Notes: generated by a model not told the origin, from the sequence alone. 64,000 bases of DNA from Eledone cirrhosa (GCA_964016885.1 OZ024757.1:40362001-40426000), one strand, 5' to 3'. Numbered from the stretch's first letter, positions 46,012-61,580 are shown. A program made the numbers and translations.

Positions 46012-46154
46012 CACAGAACCAGGCACATTTCTTATATCAACATCTACCCACTTTTTTTTTCATTCGTTTTCTTTCCATCATCAGCACATCCAGAGTTCTG
46101 CAGGCATTTGCCAGTTAGACAGTTGCCACATACACATAGATACGTATATACCAC

Positions 46155-46226
<72 letters not shown>

Positions 46227-46338
46227 CTATGACGAGACAGCCACACACACTCTCTCACAGATGAAGGAAAATAATGCAGTTGTGCAGTAGAGAAATCCGG
46301 AGGGACAATGATATATGCCCCCTCTCACTCTCTCTTTA

Positions 46339-46395
<57 letters not shown>

Positions 46396-46503
46396 ATGTG
46401 TGTATATATAAACATATATATGCATATAATGTGAATATATATACACATATATATACGCATATACTTACATATATTATTTGAATATATATATATATATATA
46501 TAT

Positions 46504-46566
<63 letters not shown>

Positions 46567-46860
46567 ATGGTAATATATATATATATATATTTATACACAC
46601 ACACACGTGTGGGTGTTAGCGTGTATTACAGTTTATATCTGCTGAAGTTCTGAATTCTATCACCCGACGAAGTACGTTCGATGTATTTCAAATAGCAACA
46701 AACTTTATTTTCTTTCATTAAACTTTACTTTATTTCATTTCAATAGTTTCTTGTTTTTTTTTTTTTCTTTTTTTTTTGCTTTCCTTAAAAGAATGTGTTG
46801 TTCTTGTTCTATATCTAATTAATCTTCTTCAATAATCCTTCTGGCTTGTGGTTGGTGTAT

Positions 46861-46916
<56 letters not shown>

Positions 46917-47137
46917 TATATATATATAAAAAGTAATTGTGTTTTGAAACAGAGAGCAGGTTTGAAATTAGAAAATAGAATAACTTTCACCGTATTTTTG
47001 ACTAAAGGAATTTTAGCCTGATAATGGGGTTTAAAACCCTCAATAAATAGAAAAAGATGAGTATTGACGTACAACTCATCTTTTTCCATTTATTTGAGGG
47101 TTTTAAACCCCATTATCAGGCTAAAATTCTATTTTCT

Positions 47138-47173
<36 letters not shown>

Positions 47174-47210
47174 CATTTACAATTATATATAAATATATAA
47201 GGATTAGCAC

Positions 47211-47244
<34 letters not shown>

Positions 47245-47275
47245 AACACACGCACACACACACACACAAACACAC

Positions 47276-47323
<48 letters not shown>

Positions 47324-47531
47324 CAAAACAAACCACATAGTACAATGGATATATTAGTTCAATCCTTGAAATAGTAGAAAAGGAATCTTAACTTTTCGGA
47401 CAAGAGTCCTTCATCATAAGATGGAATTAGAAATAAAATATGAAACAGAAATGAGATGAGACAGGAATGGAATAAAATTGAGGAAAAAAGAAACAAGCAT
47501 TTTTATACTGTCACACACACACTCACACACA

Positions 47532-47643
<112 letters not shown>

Positions 47644-48157
47644 CATACATACATACATATAAATGTATATATATATATATATTAAACCAAGAATTTACGA
47701 TCTTGTGCGCAACACCGAAATAACTACACAACGTCCTTTCTCTTCGCATTCCTTTACCTAAATCTATCCTTTGTGAGATTGCTGTGAGTCGATTCAGTAA
47801 CCGTTGGCTGCGTTTTCTAGCAAAGCGATTGTCTACATAGAGTCCCTCACCTTGTCTCTCATCTATTTCACCTTGTTTGTTTGTTTGTTTGTTGGTTTTA
47901 TGAAAGCACTTAGTTATACATACTTCACATAATTTCTTGAAGAGTTGAGGGAATTAGCAGCTCTTTGGGGAATTCAACTTACGAATGACTGGAGTCCTAT
48001 CCAGGATTGGTGAGTATTAAAGGATTCTAAAGAGACACAAGGTATGCTTCAAACTAACAAACCAGAACTAACAACCAATTCTCAGAGGACAACTTTCTAG
48101 TACTTAGCAGGTACCATTTAGATTCAGGTACAGAAATATGCATAGCAGTGTATTGCT

Positions 48158-48251
<94 letters not shown>

Positions 48252-48786
48252 CATACACACATATATACATACATATATATATATAAGCTATTATGACTGA
48301 CTATTTCTTCGTTTTCCTCTGACTACCACAACACCTTCTCCATCGTCTTATCTGTGCTTCTCTCTTCTCTACGTCGTATATGTTTATTTATTCTTAGCAA
48401 CTGCCATGATTGACAGAATAAGTCGGAACTAGTGTACTATAAGTAGATTCATAGTACTATTATTATCATTATTATTATTATTATTAAAATTATCATTTTA
48501 GTTCTTTGTCGATTTATTTTCTTTTATTATATATTTTTCTACTTTTTGTTTCATGTTTTGTTAGCCTTTGTTCTTTTTGTCTTTGTATTTCTTTCATAAT
48601 TTTTTTTTTAGTTTTCTTTTCTTTAATATTTCTATTTCACTCAACCCCCTCTCTTCCTCTCCTATCTACTACTCACCCCCATTCCTTTCCATCTGTTAGG
48701 TAGCTTGATAGGTGAACTTGATTACCTTAGTCAGCAGGGAGGAAGTACGAACATAAAAATAATATACACATACATATACATATTTA

Positions 48787-48851
<65 letters not shown>

Positions 48852-48977
48852 TAGTAAAAATATGTATATATGTATATATATATATATATATATAAAGTAG
48901 TAAAAACATGTATATATGTATAAATATATGTATATATATATATATATATATATACATCTGTTTTTACCACTGTGTAT

Positions 48978-49011
<34 letters not shown>

Positions 49012-49354
49012 TAGTAAAAAGCAAAATCAACATACTTCTATATCTATATAAATAAATAAGGAGAACTACTCAACGTGTGGTTTCAAGGAGCATGAAGAAA
49101 ATAAACGAGGGTGCACAGCGAGAGTTGGTTCTCTACCCTCAAACGAGAAATGCATATTCTCGGCTTCCATCGTCATCAGAACCAACAAGAGCAACACTAA
49201 TGAAAAGCAACAACGCCATCTTCTCTAGCGTAACAACCACTACCTAATATTATTACCATCACTGCCAAAACCACCAATACTATGAGGACTAAGACGACAA
49301 CTACGACCGCCCGGCCTGAGAATTGAACTCACACCCTCACGATTACGAGCCACA

Positions 49355-49386
<32 letters not shown>

Positions 49387-49388
<2 letters not shown>

Positions 49389-49640
49389 AAGGCGGGTAAA
49401 ATTCCCGAGATCCATGGACGAGTTCTCTCCAGCGGTCTCTGTCCCTCATTATCGCTGCCATGTCCTGCGTCTCCAACAGACCAGTGTCTGTCCTTAGGGC
49501 ATCAACATACGTTAACCTTGGTCTTCCTCTTCTAGTGTGTCCATGTAGGGGCTCCCAAAGGAGCACTGAATGCAATGTCAACTCTGGATGTCGGTGAGCA
49601 TGTCCAGCTAACCTCATTCTCCTCTGTGTCACTTTTGAGC
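49387..49640 (-). mobile_element. RTE/RTEX-like LINE 3' fragment
   Basis: KVTQRRMRLAGHAHRHPEL...LLWEPLHGHTRRGRPRLTYVDAL...MRDRDRWRELV. Confidence 0.85.
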
Positions 49641-49657
49641 TGACATACATACCCACG

Positions 49658-49695
<38 letters not shown>

Positions 49696-49746
49696 AGACT
49701 CTCCCGTCGATTCGACGTATGAGGGCTCCACAGTCTTTCCAGTTGT

Positions 49747-49778
<32 letters not shown>

Positions 49779-51599
49779 GTATATCACCTCAGTCTCTTGG
49801 TCATTCCTTCGCTATCTCCATCTACTACATATATGTCCAAGAGAGCTGGTTGGTCGACGAATTAACTACAACAACAACAACAACAACAACAATTTATCTC
49901 TTGTATTAACCTTGTAATCCGGTTCCTTCCTTATCATCCGCGATTTCTTGCCTCCTGCTACACCCGCTACATCACACCACCTCACACCCACCACTTCCCC
50001 CAACCCCTCCTCCCCCCTTCACAATATTCTCACCGATTTTATAACTTTTCACACTAATTGTTTTATTGTTGCTGTTGTTGTTGGTGGTGGCGGTGTTGCT
50101 GTTGTTGTTGGTGGTGGCGGTGTTGTTGGTGGTGGCGTTGTTGTTGTTGCTGTTGTTGTTATTGGTGGTGTTGCTGTTGTTGTTGGTGGTAGTGTTGTTG
50201 TTGGTGGTGGCGGTGTTGTTGTTGTTGCTGTTGTTGTTGTTGTTGTTATTGGTGGTGTTGCTGATGTTGTTGGTGGTGATGTTGTTGTTGTTGTTGTTGT
50301 TGTTGCTGCTGTTCGTGTTGGCATTGCTTTTAGTCAATGCTTCTCTGGTGTTTGCGGCATTTTTTATGCATGTGTGTATATGTGTGGTGTGTGGTGTGTG
50401 TGTATGTGTGTGTGGTGTGTGGTGCGTGTGTATATGTGTGTGGTGTGTGGTGTGTGTGTATATATGTGTGTGTGGTGAGTGGTGTTTGTGTATATATATG
50501 TGTGTGATTATATATGTGTGTAGGGTGTGTATGCATGTGTGCGTATATGTGTGTGAATATATGTGTGTAGGATGTGTATTAATATGTGTGCTTGTGTGCG
50601 GTGTGTGTATGTGTGAGTGTGTGCTCATAAGAGTGTTCATGATTGTGTTTGTTGGTGTGTATGTGCATGTGTGCGTGTGGATATATGTGTGTAGACATAT
50701 GTGTAGATGGGCATGTGTGTATGTGTGCGTGTGGATATATGTGTGTAGACATATGTGTAGATGGGCATGTATGTATGTGTGCGTGTGGATATATGTGTGT
50801 GAACATATGTGTAGATGGACTTGTGTGTGTACGTGTATGTGTGAGCATGAGTGAGGACATATATGTATATGGGCATGTGTGTGCGTGTGTGTGAGTAGGT
50901 GTGTGGACATATATGTATATGGACGTGTATGTGTGTGTGTGCATGTGTGTGGATGTATGTGTATATGAGCATGTGTGTGTGTATGAGCACGTGTGTGAAC
51001 ATGTGTGTATATGGACGTGTGTGTGTGTGTGCATGAGCATGTGTGTGGACATATGTGTATATGGGTGTATGTGTGTGCGTGTGTGTGTGTGTATGTATGT
51101 GTGAGGATGTCTGTGTGTATGTGTGTGCATGTGTGTGTGTGTGTGAGGATGTGTGTGTGTGTATGGTTGTGTGAGGATGTGTGTGCGTGTGTATGTGTGT
51201 GTGTGTGCATGTGCGTGTGTGTGTGTGAGGATGTGCGTGTGTTTATGTTTGTGTGTGCATGTGTGTGTGTGTGTAGCCATGTTTGTGTAAGTGTATGTGT
51301 GTTCATATGTGTGTGTGTATGTGTGTGCATGTGTGTGTGTGTATGTATGTGTGTGTGTATGACCGGCTATAGTAATAACCACTGCAGTCTATTTTGCTAT
51401 AGCTTATCACAGTATCGCCATGTCTACTGATAACATTCTCAATACCAAACTCTACAGACGTTCAAGCAATATAACTAATGGAGGAAGGGGGTAGGTCCGT
51501 TGTTAAGGGCTGGAGGTCTAGGGGTTATTGTAGTCGCGCCCTACTTTTATCACCACTACTTTCAACACCACCTCGGCCACATCATTAACTTCACTATTT

Positions 51600-52262
51600 T
51601 TATCACCATCATCGCTATCACCACCAACACCACCTTATTATCATAAACGACATCATCATCATCGCTAACATCACCATCACCACCAACACCACCTTATTAT
51701 CATAAACAACAACATCATCATCATCGCTAACATCACCATCACCACCGACACCACCTTATTATCATAAACAACATCATCAACATCGCTAACATCACCATCA
51801 CCACCGACACCACCTTATTATCATAAACAACATCATCATCATCATCGCTAACATCACCATCACCACCGACACCACCTTATTATCATAAACAACATCATCA
51901 TCATCATCGCTAACATCACCATCACCACCGACACCACCTTATTATCATAAACAACATCATCATCATCGCTAACATCACCATCACCACCGACACCACCTTA
52001 TTATCATAAACAACATCATCATCATCACTAACATCACCATCACCACCAACACCACCTTATTATCATAATCAACATCATCATCATCGCTAACATCACCATC
52101 ACCACCGACACCACCTTATTATCATAAACAACATCATCATCATCGCTAACATCACCATCACCATCGACACCACCTTATTATCACCAACATTATCATCATC
52201 ATCGCTAACATCACCATCACCACCGACACCACCTTATTATCACCAACATTACCATCATCATC
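51600..52262. repeat. ~60-bp minisatellite (catcatcgctaacatcaccatcaccaccgacaccaccttattatcataaacaa), about 10 units
   Basis: Direct reading. Confidence 0.9.
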
Positions 52263-53059
52263 ACCACCACAATCACCCCAACACCTTCACCCCCCTATGA
52301 CCAGTCAAGTGGAATATATAGTGTTAATGTTTTGTGCTATTTTACGATCAGTTCGCCTCCTATATGGAACTAGTAAGACATTCAGTCTAGCATTATCGAT
52401 AAAACCATTGCCTCTACAGTACTGTAAAACGATCAAATCGATTGAACAATGTTCCCAATAGATATCTTGCCTTCAGCTTCAACAACAACATTATCAGAAA
52501 CACCATTAACAACAACAACATCAACAACAATACGTGTTTTACGGCCACATTCTCTATTAAAACAGGGGTTGGCCTTGTACGCCCCGTGACAAACGTCTAC
52601 ACTTTGCACTATTGTATTCACCACTGCCTCGCTTTCATCTCCAACCGTGACTAACTCGGAGACTAGCCTAGAAAAAAATATATATTATTGTTAATTATGG
52701 TAAAGGAAAGAATTGTTAGAGCGTCGGTCTAAACACCTGGCGGCATTTAGGGTTGTTTGTTTTTGTTGTTGATTTTTGTTGTGGGATTATTTTTTTTTTG
52801 TCATTAATGCTCCGTAGTGAAACCTCGTCAACATCATCGCCAACATCATCGTCAACATCATCGTCAGTGTCATCATCATCTCTAACATCGAATGTCATCA
52901 CCATGTCATCACCGTGTCATCAAAATGTCCACCATCATCATTATTCTCGTCATGAAATCGTCATTGATATATTATCAAAAATCGAGACACACGAAATATG
53001 AAGAACTCCAACAAGAATATAAGGACTATTTTAAATATATCATTAATACACACACACAC

Positions 53060-53106
<47 letters not shown>

Positions 53107-53204
53107 CCTTAAAGCGATGGAATGCCTGGGACGGTTGGAGGGTCACTGATGAAGGACTTTTTTTTCATATGCACCCCATTTGCAACGCGCAGCTCATCAT
53201 TATT

Positions 53205-53275
<71 letters not shown>

Positions 53276-53323
53276 TTGTGTGTGTGTGTGTATGTGTGTG
53301 TGTGTATGTGTTTGTGTGTGTGT

Positions 53324-53408
<85 letters not shown>

Positions 53409-53592
53409 CACATATATACATAAACACATATACACAAAGATATAATTTAGTTTTACAAATTATTTGGCAGCTAAGCCCGATGTCAGTTCAGTTTGGTGCC
53501 TTCAAATTGTTAAGGTTTCTTCTAAACTTGGCCTTTTAGTTTCTGTGCAAACACATAGTAAATTTTACCTTCCAGCAAGTGTTTGACCTCAC

Positions 53593-53597
53593 TACTG

Positions 53598-53649
<52 letters not shown>

Positions 53650-54420
53650 TCACTACGAGTACTACCAGCGCTACTAATATTACTAACGCCAAAACAACTA
53701 CTAGTACTACTACCACCACTAACACTTATTTACCACCATTACCACAACCACCAATACTACCACCACCACCACCACCACCACCAACACTACTACCACCAAC
53801 ACCACCACCACCAACACTACCATCAACACCACCACCACCACGACTACCACCATCATCAATACTACCAACACCACCAACACCATACCACCACGATCACTAC
53901 TACCACCACCACCACCACCACCACAACCACCACCACCACCATCACCAATACCACCAATACCACCACCACCACAACCACCACCACCACCACTATCACCAAC
54001 ACCACGAATAGTAACACCACCACCACCACCACAACCACCAATACCACCACCACCACCACTATCACCACCACCACCACCACCACAACCACCACCTCTATCA
54101 CCAACACCACCAATACTAACACCACGACCACCACTACAACCACCAATACCACCACCACCACAACTATCACCACCACCACAACCACCACCACTATCACCAA
54201 CACCACCAATACCACCACCACCACAACCACCACCACCACTATCACCAACACCACGAATACTAACACCACCACCACCACCACCACCACCACAACCACCAAT
54301 ACCACCACCACCACTATCACCACCACCACCACCACCACAACCACCAACTCTATCACCAACACCACCAATACTAACACCACCACCACAACCACCAATACCA
54401 CCACCACCACCAATACTACA
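53593..54420. repeat. (ACT)n/(ACC)n low-complexity tract
   Basis: Direct reading. Confidence 0.9.
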
Positions 54421-54600
54421 GCTGATGACGAGAATGACGATGAAAGCAATAATAATAGAACTACTAACAACAACAACTACAATTCACCGTAGGTGTTTTA
54501 CACAGAAACTATTTCAATATTTGTCCTCTCCAAATATTTAAATATTTTCTATTTGTTTTGCCTTTGAGGCAAATGAATAAATCATTATTATTATTAATAA

Positions 54601-54790
54601 CGGCGGATTGGCAGAATTGGTAGAGGGTCGGACGCCATGCTTTGACGCATAGAGTTACGGCCCTTGCCATTTTGAGTTCAAATCCCGCCGAGGTTAACTT
54701 TGCCTTTCATCCTTACGGGGTCGATAAAATAAAGTACCAGTAATGACTGGGTAATTGCTGGCCTTGTGCCAAAAGTAGAAACAATTATTA
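54601..54790 (+). mobile_element. SINE family 1 (full length, close to 209-398)
   Basis: Colinear; flanked by attattattattaataa on both sides (TSD or tail). Confidence 0.88.
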
Positions 54791-55123
54791 TTATTAATAA
54801 CAATGGTTTCTACTATAAGCACAAGGCCAGCAATTTGAGAGGAGGGGGGGGGGGTAGTTCATTAACTCGATCCCTCGCGTGAGTGGTTCTCCTTTGTTTA
54901 TATTAATGTTTTAATAAAAAAAAAATTCGGTCTTGATTTGATTTTAAACCCTTGTTAAGTTATGTTCCAAATATTAGCATAATAATGAGAAAATTAGTTG
55001 TATTACTAAACGTTGCTTTTCTTAGTATCCTTAACAATTTTTACTAACATCCTTAACCTGCTCTTGGTTTTATGAGAGAGAGAAATAGAGACACGTATTG
55101 ATAGAGAGAGAGAGAGAGGTATT

Positions 55124-55158
<35 letters not shown>

Positions 55159-56349
55159 CGAGAGAGAGAGGGGTATTGAGTAAGATAGAGAGAGAAATCG
55201 GTAAAGATGGAGAGAGCAATTGAGAAAGAGATAAAGAGGAAGTGTCGGCCCCAGCAATGAACTTATTCTTTTCTTTCTTTATTTCTATCCCGCCGTTAAC
55301 ACCGGCGGGACTTGAAATCAGAGAACTCTAAAAAAAATAAAAAAATTATCAAAAAATAAACCTGAATCTTTCGTAATGTCATTTGTTTCAAGTTTTTTTC
55401 TAACAATTCCTCATGTCGTTAAATCAGTTATATTTGACCGCCATTTTTTATTTGGTCTCTAATCTCACATCGTCAGTATTTATTTTTTGTTTGTGATTTT
55501 TTAACCAAATATTAAAATTCAATGACATGTTACAATGTCATAGCTGCTATTTCAATTGACTTAAATATTTTCTTTTCTTTAAATTTGTATTAGTTTTCAC
55601 TCGTTATCATTATTTCAATTTCTTTATCACTTTATTACTATTATTATTTTTTCTTTGGCATTAATTCTATATTTTCTTGCGTTTTTGTGTCAAGTCATGT
55701 CGTTGTTATATCTCTAAGTTCTTCTTCGTTGTATCCTTTTAAATCATTACCATCGGCAAAACGGAGATTATTGGCTCTTCTGTGTTCAACTTTAACATTT
55801 CTTCAAAGAATTCAACGTTTTCTTCGTTTTGTATATTAAAAAAATAACCGTATTGGAAAAATGTGGCAGAACTATAAATTAATCCATTAAAAAACCACCC
55901 AACACCATCGACCCCGAATTTCTTTTATCATAAACTTCTTAATAAATTTATTGTTATATTTGGGGAAGGTCATGTTGTCCTAATGTTGAAAAACATAGAA
56001 CACACTCAGTGTTTCGTTTCGTTTTCACTGCACTTTCAATCCAATATATATATATATATCTGTATTTTTAACCGTTGGTCAATCAATGATAAACATTGAT
56101 TGCCAAATAATGATACAGAAGCGAAAACCAACCAAACAGTGTGTTCTGTTATTATTCCTGGCAATATTATTACAACAATATGCCCCTCCCCAAGTATAAC
56201 AATATATATATATATAATGTAGGAGGTGAGTTTTCTTGTAGCACAATAAAGCAATGCAAATATCGGATAAGTAGCACTCTACAGTTTGATATGTTGATTT
56301 AAAACTTCACTATTCACAAGTGTTTTTTAAGCTTCATATGATGTCTCCC

Positions 56350-56420
56350 TATTTTATCTGATGAGAACGCAGATATCATGCCATGATGATATTTGTTTTT
56401 GAAATGCGCATAATAAAATA
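56350..56420 (+). ncRNA. Type I hammerhead ribozyme motif (family A)
   Basis: tattttat-CTGATGA-gaac gcagatatcat..atgatatttgt tttt-GAAA-tgcgca-TA-ataaaata; 8-bp stem I, palindromic ATGCGCAT stem III. Confidence 0.85.
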
Positions 56421-56450
56421 CTTGGAACTCTTTTAACCATCTTTTGATCT

Positions 56451-56505
<55 letters not shown>

Positions 56506-56794
56506 ACATTAAAGTTTAAGCAAAGATCGCTGCTTTCACCCTTGTTAATGGTGATGATGTTGGTATCGGTGATGATGGTAATGTTGATGGCGATAATGAT
56601 GATGCTGGTGGTGATAATGTCTATGGTGATAATGATGCTGATGATGGGGACGATGATGATGGTGATAATGATGGTAACTATGGTAACGATGGTGATGATG
56701 ATGATTTTGGTTGTTTCCCACACAACTGTAATCCGAGACCAATTCCACCAAATTTTTCAGCCTTCAAAGAATCCATACAAAGACAATTACATTG

Positions 56795-56841
<47 letters not shown>

Positions 56842-57880
56842 TACACACACTATCTCTCTCACACACACATACTCACACTCTATCTCTCTCACACACACTC
56901 ACACACACACACTCTCTCTTCCACTCACACTCACACACTATCTCTCACACACACTCACACACACCCACTCTCTCTCTTTCACACACACGCGCACACACAC
57001 TCTATCTCTCTCACACACACATACTCACCCTCTATCTCTCTCACACACTCTCTTTCACTGACACTCACACACTATCTCTCACACACACTCACACACACAC
57101 ACTCTCTCTCTTTCACACACACACGCACGCACACTCTCTATCTCTCTCACACACACATACTCACACTGTATCTCTCTTACACACACTCACACACACACTC
57201 TCTCTTTCACTCACACTCACACATTATCTCTCACACACACACGCACTATCTCTCTCACACACTCACACACACACTCTCTCTCTCACTCACACACACTCTC
57301 TCTCTCTCACTCACACAATCTCTTACTCTTTCATTCAATATCTTAATCACTTACTCTCTCAATTTTTCATTCATTCCCTCTCTTTCTCTCTCACTCGCTA
57401 TAAATTAGCACCTCCACCACCTCCACCAACACCATCATCAGCACCACCAACCCCTCCACCGTTCTCATCGCCATCGCCGACACGACCACCACTACCACGG
57501 ACACCACCAGCAGCACCACCACCCTTTCCACCGTTCACGCCTCCATCACCCCCACCACCACCACCACTGACATTTTTCTGTCGTCCCCCATTCTATATAT
57601 ATCCCCTCTAGCCCTTCCTATGCACCTTACCACTCATTGTTTCCATTCCAAACCATTTTTCCAAGACTTCCATCCTTGGAACATTCAAAACACAGGAATT
57701 CCATTCCAGTCCAAAGAAATTCTTCATTTATTTCTATATTTATATATTTATACGTTTTATTACCAATCTGCAGACATCGATTTATAGATATTCTAGCTAA
57801 ATGTGGCACCGAATCGATCATACTATTATCGAACGACCTGCTAAGGTCGTAGGTACTGACCTAACAGTGAAATGTCTAAC

Positions 57881-57940
<60 letters not shown>

Positions 57941-57943
<3 letters not shown>

Positions 57944-58130
57944 GAGTTTCCAAGGATGGTTGAAGAAGATTAGTCCAGCCCCGCTTTTTGGAACACTTCA
58001 AAAAGCATACTTGCTGGGAACATCAACAACCCTCCGATACGTCCTGAATATCTGCGGCTGCAGGTAGCAACTTGATATTCATTTCAACAAACTTTCCAGT
58101 TAAATAACATCAATGACTGAGAATAAAGAA
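57941..58130 (+). mobile_element. 3' end of an R4/Dong-like non-LTR retrotransposon in (TAA)n
   Basis: Translates as KSFQGWLKKISPAPLFGTLQKAYLLGTSTTLRYVLNI, resembling the LQK..LLGT..ILR.VL C-terminus of the R4 clade; (TAA)n on both sides. Confidence 0.72.
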
Positions 58131-58148
58131 CAATAATAATAATAATAA

Positions 58149-58340
58149 TAATTGTTACTACTTTTGGCACAAGGCCAGCAATTATCCCAGTGTATTACTG
58201 GTACTTTATTTTATCGACCTCGAAAGGAAGAAAGGCAAAGTTAACCTCGACAGGATCTGAACTCAGATCATACAGAGCCGTAACTCTTTGCTGCAAAGCA
58301 TGGTGTCTGACCCTCTACTGATACTGCCAATCCACCACCC
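58149..58340 (-). mobile_element. SINE family 1 (full length)
   Basis: Reverse complement of 209-398. Confidence 0.85.
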
Positions 58341-58670
58341 TTATAATAATAATAATAATGACAACAATAACAATAATAAGATTTAACCCAGTTTCAACGT
58401 TCATTGGATGCCATTTCGTTTTGCATTTGATTCATTTTCTTGGCATCTAAGAAGCATGAAAGCCCGCAAATCCCATTTTGCATATATTTTATAATACGTG
58501 ATCTTATATTGAGAGGACATGAGCCATTAATTTGGAACATCCAGTATATTTGGGGGCTGATAAAATAAAGTACCAGTAATTCCCTGGGGTCGGTTTAAAC
58601 GACTTTCCCGTCCCCCCAAATTGTCTAAAACATAAAACATTTCTTTGTGCGTGTGTGTGTGTGTGTGTGG

Positions 58671-58757
<87 letters not shown>

Positions 58758-59346
58758 CTCGTGAATCACATTTTAGATTCAGGTTTGGTTTTAATGAAAA
58801 TGTTCCATTCTACAATATGTTCAAAAGCACACACACACGTAAATATCTACGCACCGATACACACACACACGCATGTAAATTTCTACACACACACACACAC
58901 ACACACACAACACACTTTATGCACAAACACCTCCTCATGCTCACAGACACATCCTTACGCAGTGCCAGTCACAGACACAGGAACACCTCACATTTACGTA
59001 AAGACACTGTTGCACACACACACCATACAATTACATAAATACACACACTGTCGCAGGCACACACACACACACACACACACAGCTATATAGTCAAAGAATT
59101 AAGAGGTAGATATGAGAGAGTGAGAACAAAGACAACACAGAGAATATGTGTAAGGAACAGACTTGTGACTGTCTTTAGATATTTCAACACTATTTCAAGG
59201 AATGTTTTATTTCCTATAAATTAGAAAGATATTCTTCATTTTTTTCAAATTGTTCCATTCTTGACACTATCAGTACAGAAAGACAGAAAGTCACATATAT
59301 ATTTTTACGCACATAACATGCGTCAGTCTCAACGTACAGACACAAT

Positions 59347-59397
<51 letters not shown>

Positions 59398-60399
59398 ACA
59401 GAAGTGACACTAACCGTATAGACAGACACACAAACTATGTTTTCACGTGTTACCTGTAGTTCTTCCAGATGTGACACTAACCTTACACACACACATACAC
59501 ACACACACACACACACGCACAGGCAGACACACATATACAAACAAACCCACACGCATCCAGACAGACAAAAACACACAAATACAGAGACGCACAGATACAC
59601 ATATGCAGATAGACAAGCACACATACAAACACAGACACACCATATTTTCACACGTTACAGGGTCGATAAAATAAAGTACCAGCAATGCACTGGGGGTGAG
59701 CAATCGACTCACCCTCTCTCAATAAAAAAAAAATGTTAGCCTTGTTTCTAAATCAGTAATTATTATTATTATTATTATAGCTGAATGGACTGGAGAGACG
59801 GGAAAAATATAACATCATGTTAAAAACTGAGACAACGTGTTACCGGGAATCGAACTCACAACATTACGACAGTCAGCTGAACGCCCTAACCATTAAGCCA
59901 CACAACTTCACAGTATGTGAGAACATTCAGTTATTTAAAATAAACAAAATATTAACAATATGTTTAAATGTTTATAGAGTAACGTAAAATACGTCAATTC
60001 TTTTGAAATGAACTTTTGTTTTCTTCTCTGAATTATTTGATATTTAAAGTGGTGTAAAATTCCACATATGTAGCACTCAATACATAGCAATCAATACATG
60101 GAATGCAATACGTGACACTCAATTTAAAGAACTCAATATATAGCACGGAATATGTGACACTCAATACATGGAACTCATTACATGCAGGTCAATATGTAGC
60201 ACACAATAGACAGACATATGTGAGAAGATCTTTGAAAAACCTAAATTCATTTGTCACCTTTTCTTATATGAGAGTTGTTATCTATTAAGTTTATCTTTAC
60301 ACAAAGAATTAAACACGGAACGAAGAAGAAATTCTTTCCAAGTTATGCACAACACCAGCAGATTGAGGGAAGGAAGAGAACATTTGATTATATTTATAT

Positions 60400-60880
60400 C
60401 AGCCCCCAAGATTTCACTGGTACTTCATTTTTTTTTTTACCCAAGAAGAATGAAAAACAATGTTAGCCTTGGCAGAATTTAAACACAGATCGTAAAGAGC
60501 TTTAATGATAATTCTTTCTAAATTAGACACAAGGCCAGCGATTTAGGGGAATGCGAAATTTGATTATATCTACTCCAGTAAATGACTGGTACGTTATTTC
60601 ATCGACCACGAAAGGTGGTCAGCGTAAATAGAACTGGGAGCGTAGAGAGCCCCAGCAAACACTGCTACGTGTTTGTGCGACGCTCTAACACCTCAGCCAA
60701 CATACTGATCTAAGCTTTAATTATAGTAATAATAATGTTTTCTTATATAGGCACAAGACCAGCAATTTTGGGGGAGGGGAAAGTCGATTAAACCGACCCC
60801 AGTGCGTGACTGGGACTTTATTTTATCGACCCCGTAAGGATGAAAAGCAAAGCTAACTTCGGCAGGATTTGAACTTAGAG
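60400..60880 (-). mobile_element. Cluster of three SINE family 1 copies of differing divergence
   Basis: ttttatcgaccccgtaaggatgaaaagcaaag core near 60820, with degenerate copies upstream. Confidence 0.7.
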
Positions 60881-60974
60881 TGTAAACAAAAAGCAGTTAC
60901 TTCGATGTTCTATCAATTCTTCCAATCCGACACACTAGTTTATCTATATAAATAATATTCTACTATAGTACGAC

Positions 60975-61130
60975 TGATTGGTGAATTAACAAATGTTAAG
61001 AGAAGCAGAGGTCGCCCACGGAAGCACTGGAAGCACTGCATTAAAGAACATCTCAAAACCTAAAGCTTCAAACTTCTCAACATTGTCCGACTTGACAGCA
61101 GAGCGCAGTGCTTGGAAGAAGCAAACAAAC
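60975..61130 (+). mobile_element. RTE-like LINE C-terminal remnant
   Basis: GELTNVKRSRGRPRKHWKHCIKEHLK. Confidence 0.7.
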
Positions 61131-61246
61131 AATGGCTGCGCTCTATCAGTAGTGCAACTGGCTTAGTGAGCGGAAAGGCGCCGAAGACTACAACATGATG
61201 AGAGACCCCATCGTCAATAATAACGGTAGGCGAGAATAAAATGATA

Positions 61247-61580
61247 ACACTGGTCTACAAGGTTTTTGGTGTTTAGGAAACAGACATGATTCCTATATAA
61301 AATCTGTCTCCTGATTCCAAATATAACCTTATTTATTACCTGTCAGATCTAGTTTTTAATTTATTGAACATCCTTATAGTTACTATGTATGTGTGTATGT
61401 CCAGTACGTAGTGTTCGTTACCTTATTCTAATTCTATATTGTTGTTTTTTTTTCAGAAAACTAGACCTGATAGAGAACAACTGAAGTTATTTTTGAATTT
61501 AGCAGGCAAAATCACTTAAGAATTTGTTGAAATATTCCAGTCACCAGACAAATATTTTTTTGTTGTTGTTGCCCACTGTA
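61247..61580. mobile_element. Old non-autonomous DNA transposon with ~110-bp degenerate TIRs
   Basis: Left end acactggtctacaa...ctgattccaaatataac...tcagatctagtttt matches the reverse complement of the right end (acagtgggcaacaa...ctaaattcaaaaataac...tcaggtctagtttt). Confidence 0.55.

Noticed and set aside
54420-54452. CTGATGA...GAAA in a trinucleotide tract (also isolated CTGATGA near 24325, 38147 and 53146)
   Set aside because: No stems; chance matches
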